NCBI RefSeq assembly: GCF_964355755.1
Contig: NC_092676.1
Coordinates: forward strand, 1,059,788 to 1,123,787
DNA from: Antedon mediterranea
Taxonomy: Eukaryota; Animalia; Echinodermata
Length of the DNA: 64,000 bases
Direction of reading: 5' to 3'
The translations under genes were made by a program, and so were the position numbers. The notes beneath the pieces were generated by a model that was given only the letters and a program-made list of their open reading frames with translations, did not search any database and had not been told where the DNA came from. Positions 62,341-64,000 of this stretch are shown here, one piece after another; position 1 is the stretch's first letter, and each line of letters opens with the position of its first letter.

Positions 62341-64000
62341 CACTCAAATCAGAACTGGAACAACTTTGATTAACCCATTTCGAATGTGAAACACCATCTA
62401 TATCTGAAAGATTATTATCCTTTAGATTAAGCATGCCAGGTTTTAATGTCACTTTGTTTACTTCACATTCCTTCAATAAGTCTCTTATAATAGTACCTGA
62501 GAGATTACAATTAACCAAGTCAAGGTTACATAATTCTGGTGAGAATTGTAATAACCAAGCTAATTTGGATACCTTAATTGCAGCTAAATGAAGACCAGTT
62601 AAATCTAACCTCTTCAATGGTAACTTATGATTATGTTCATGGCAGGCATCTGCCAGACTTTCTAGATTACCAACTGACAAGCTATAATTACTCCATTTGA
62701 ATAACTCATACTTGCAATCCATTAGATTTACCAACTTGGAAAGTGAAACACCATCTATATCTGAAAGATTATTATCCTTTAGATTAAGCATGCCAGGTTT
62801 TAATGTCACTTTGTTTACTTCACATTCCTTCAATAAGTCTCTTATAATAGTACCTGAGAGATTACAATTAACCAAGTCAAGGTTACATAATTCTGGTGAG
62901 AATTGTAATAACCAAGCTAATTTGGATACCTTAATTGCAGCTAAATGAAGACCTGTTAAATCTAACCTCTTCAATGGTAACTTATGATTATGTTCATGGC
63001 AGGCATCTGCCAGACTTTCTAGATTACCAACTGAAAAGCTATAATTACTCCATTTGAATAACCCATACTTGCAATCCATTAGATTTACCAACTTGGAAAG
63101 TGAAACACCATCTATATCTGAAAGATTATTATCCTTTAGATTAAGCATGCCAGGTTTTAATGTCACTTTGTTTACTTCACATTCCTTCAATAAGTCTCTT
63201 ATAATAGTACCCGAGAGATTACAATTAACCAAGTCAAGGTTACATAATTCTGGTGAGAATTGTAATAACCAAGCTAATTTGGATACCTTAATTGCAGCTA
63301 AATGAAGACCAGTTAAATCTAACCTCTTCAATGGTAACTTATGATTATGTTCATGGCAGGCATCTGCCAGACTTTCTAGATTACCAACTGAAAAGCTATA
63401 ATTACTCCATTTGAATAACCCATACTTGCAATTCATTAGATTTACCAACTTGGAAAGTGAAACACCATCTATATCTGAAAGATTATTATCCTTTAGATTA
63501 AGCATGCCAGGTTTTAATGTCACTTCGTTTACTTCACATTCCTTCAATAAGTCTCTTATAATAGTACCTGAGAGATTACAATTAACCAAGTCAAGGTTAA
63601 ATAATTCTGGTGAGAATTGTAATAACCAAGCTAATTTGGATCCTTTAATTGCAGCTAAATGAAGACCAGTTAGATCTAACCTCTTCAATGGTAACTTATG
63701 ATTATGTTCATGGCAGGCATCTGCCAGACTTTCTAGATTACCAACTGAAAAGCTATAATTACTCCATTTGAATAACCCATACTTGCAATCCATTAGATTT
63801 ACCAACTTGGAAAGTGAAACACCATCTATATCTGAAAGATTATTATCCTTTAGATTAAGCATGCCAGGTTTTAATGTCACTTTGTTTACTTCACATTCCT
63901 TCAATAAGTCTCTTATAATAGTACCTGAGAGATTACAATTAACCAAGTCAAGGTTACATAATTCTGGTGAGAATTGTAATAACCAAGCTAATTTGGATAC
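62219..64000 (-). CDS. NLR receptor 2 (tandem paralogue), 3' end of LRR array; 5' part lies beyond the right edge
   Basis: Open frame from the window edge to TAA at 62219; near-identical 119-aa (357-bp) units homologous to the NLR1 super-repeat, then an (SEYDSS)n tail. Confidence 0.85.
   Translation of the reverse strand, partial: VSKLAWLLQFSPELCNLDLVNCNLSGTIIRDLLKECEVNKVTLKPGMLNLKDNNLSDIDGVSLSKLVNLMDCKYGLFKWSNYSFSVGNLESLADACHEHNHKLPLKRLDLTGLHLAAIKGSKLAWLLQFSPELFNLDLVNCNLSGTIIRDLLKECEVNEVTLKPGMLNLKDNNLSDIDGVSLSKLVNLMNCKYGLFKWSNYSFSVGNLESLADACHEHNHKLPLKRLDLTGLHLAAIKVSKLAWLLQFSPELCNLDLVNCNLSGTIIRDLLKECEVNKVTLKPGMLNLKDNNLSDIDGVSLSKLVNLMDCKYGLFKWSNYSFSVGNLESLADACHEHNHKLPLKRLDLTGLHLAAIKVSKLAWLLQFSPELCNLDLVNCNLSGTIIRDLLKECEVNKVTLKPGMLNLKDNNLSDIDGVSLSKLVNLMDCKYELFKWSNYSLSVGNLESLADACHEHNHKLPLKRLDLTGLHLAAIKVSKLAWLLQFSPELCNLDLVNCNLSGTIIRDLLKECEVNKVTLKPGMLNLKDNNLSDIDGVSHSKWVNQSCSSSDLSDYSFEYDFNSEYDSNSEYDSSSEYDSSSEYDSSSEYDSSS

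Noticed and set aside
61588-62343. RATIIF and MIVALN repeat ORFs
   Set aside because: Alternative frames of the 18-bp tandem repeat.

Overview
AT-rich animal nuclear DNA with spliceosomal introns, probably a marine invertebrate and plausibly an echinoderm (inference). All host genes are on the minus strand. From left to right: (1) the 5' part of an ARFGEF3/BIG3 orthologue (ATG at 9617, running off the left edge) with candidate micro-exons; (2) a complete DPY19L3 C-mannosyltransferase gene (11670..30939) with two duplicated alternative first coding exons, an Academ-like DNA transposon and a Rex1/Babar LINE in its introns; (3) a giant NLR gene (tandem DED-like - NACHT - LRR, about 2896 aa; 33905..44346) whose NACHT and 16+ copies of a ~115-125-aa four-LRR super-repeat lie in one 8.1-kb exon; (4) a 9.5-kb nested pile of non-autonomous Helentron-type elements; (5) the 3' end of a tandem NLR paralogue built from near-identical 357-bp units. 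The most interesting system is the pair of NLRs with intron-less, modular, apparently recombining LRR arrays whose variation concentrates at predicted ligand-facing positions. Exon boundaries were derived by hand from GT/AG signals and frame continuity. Family assignments rest on remembered motifs, not database searches.
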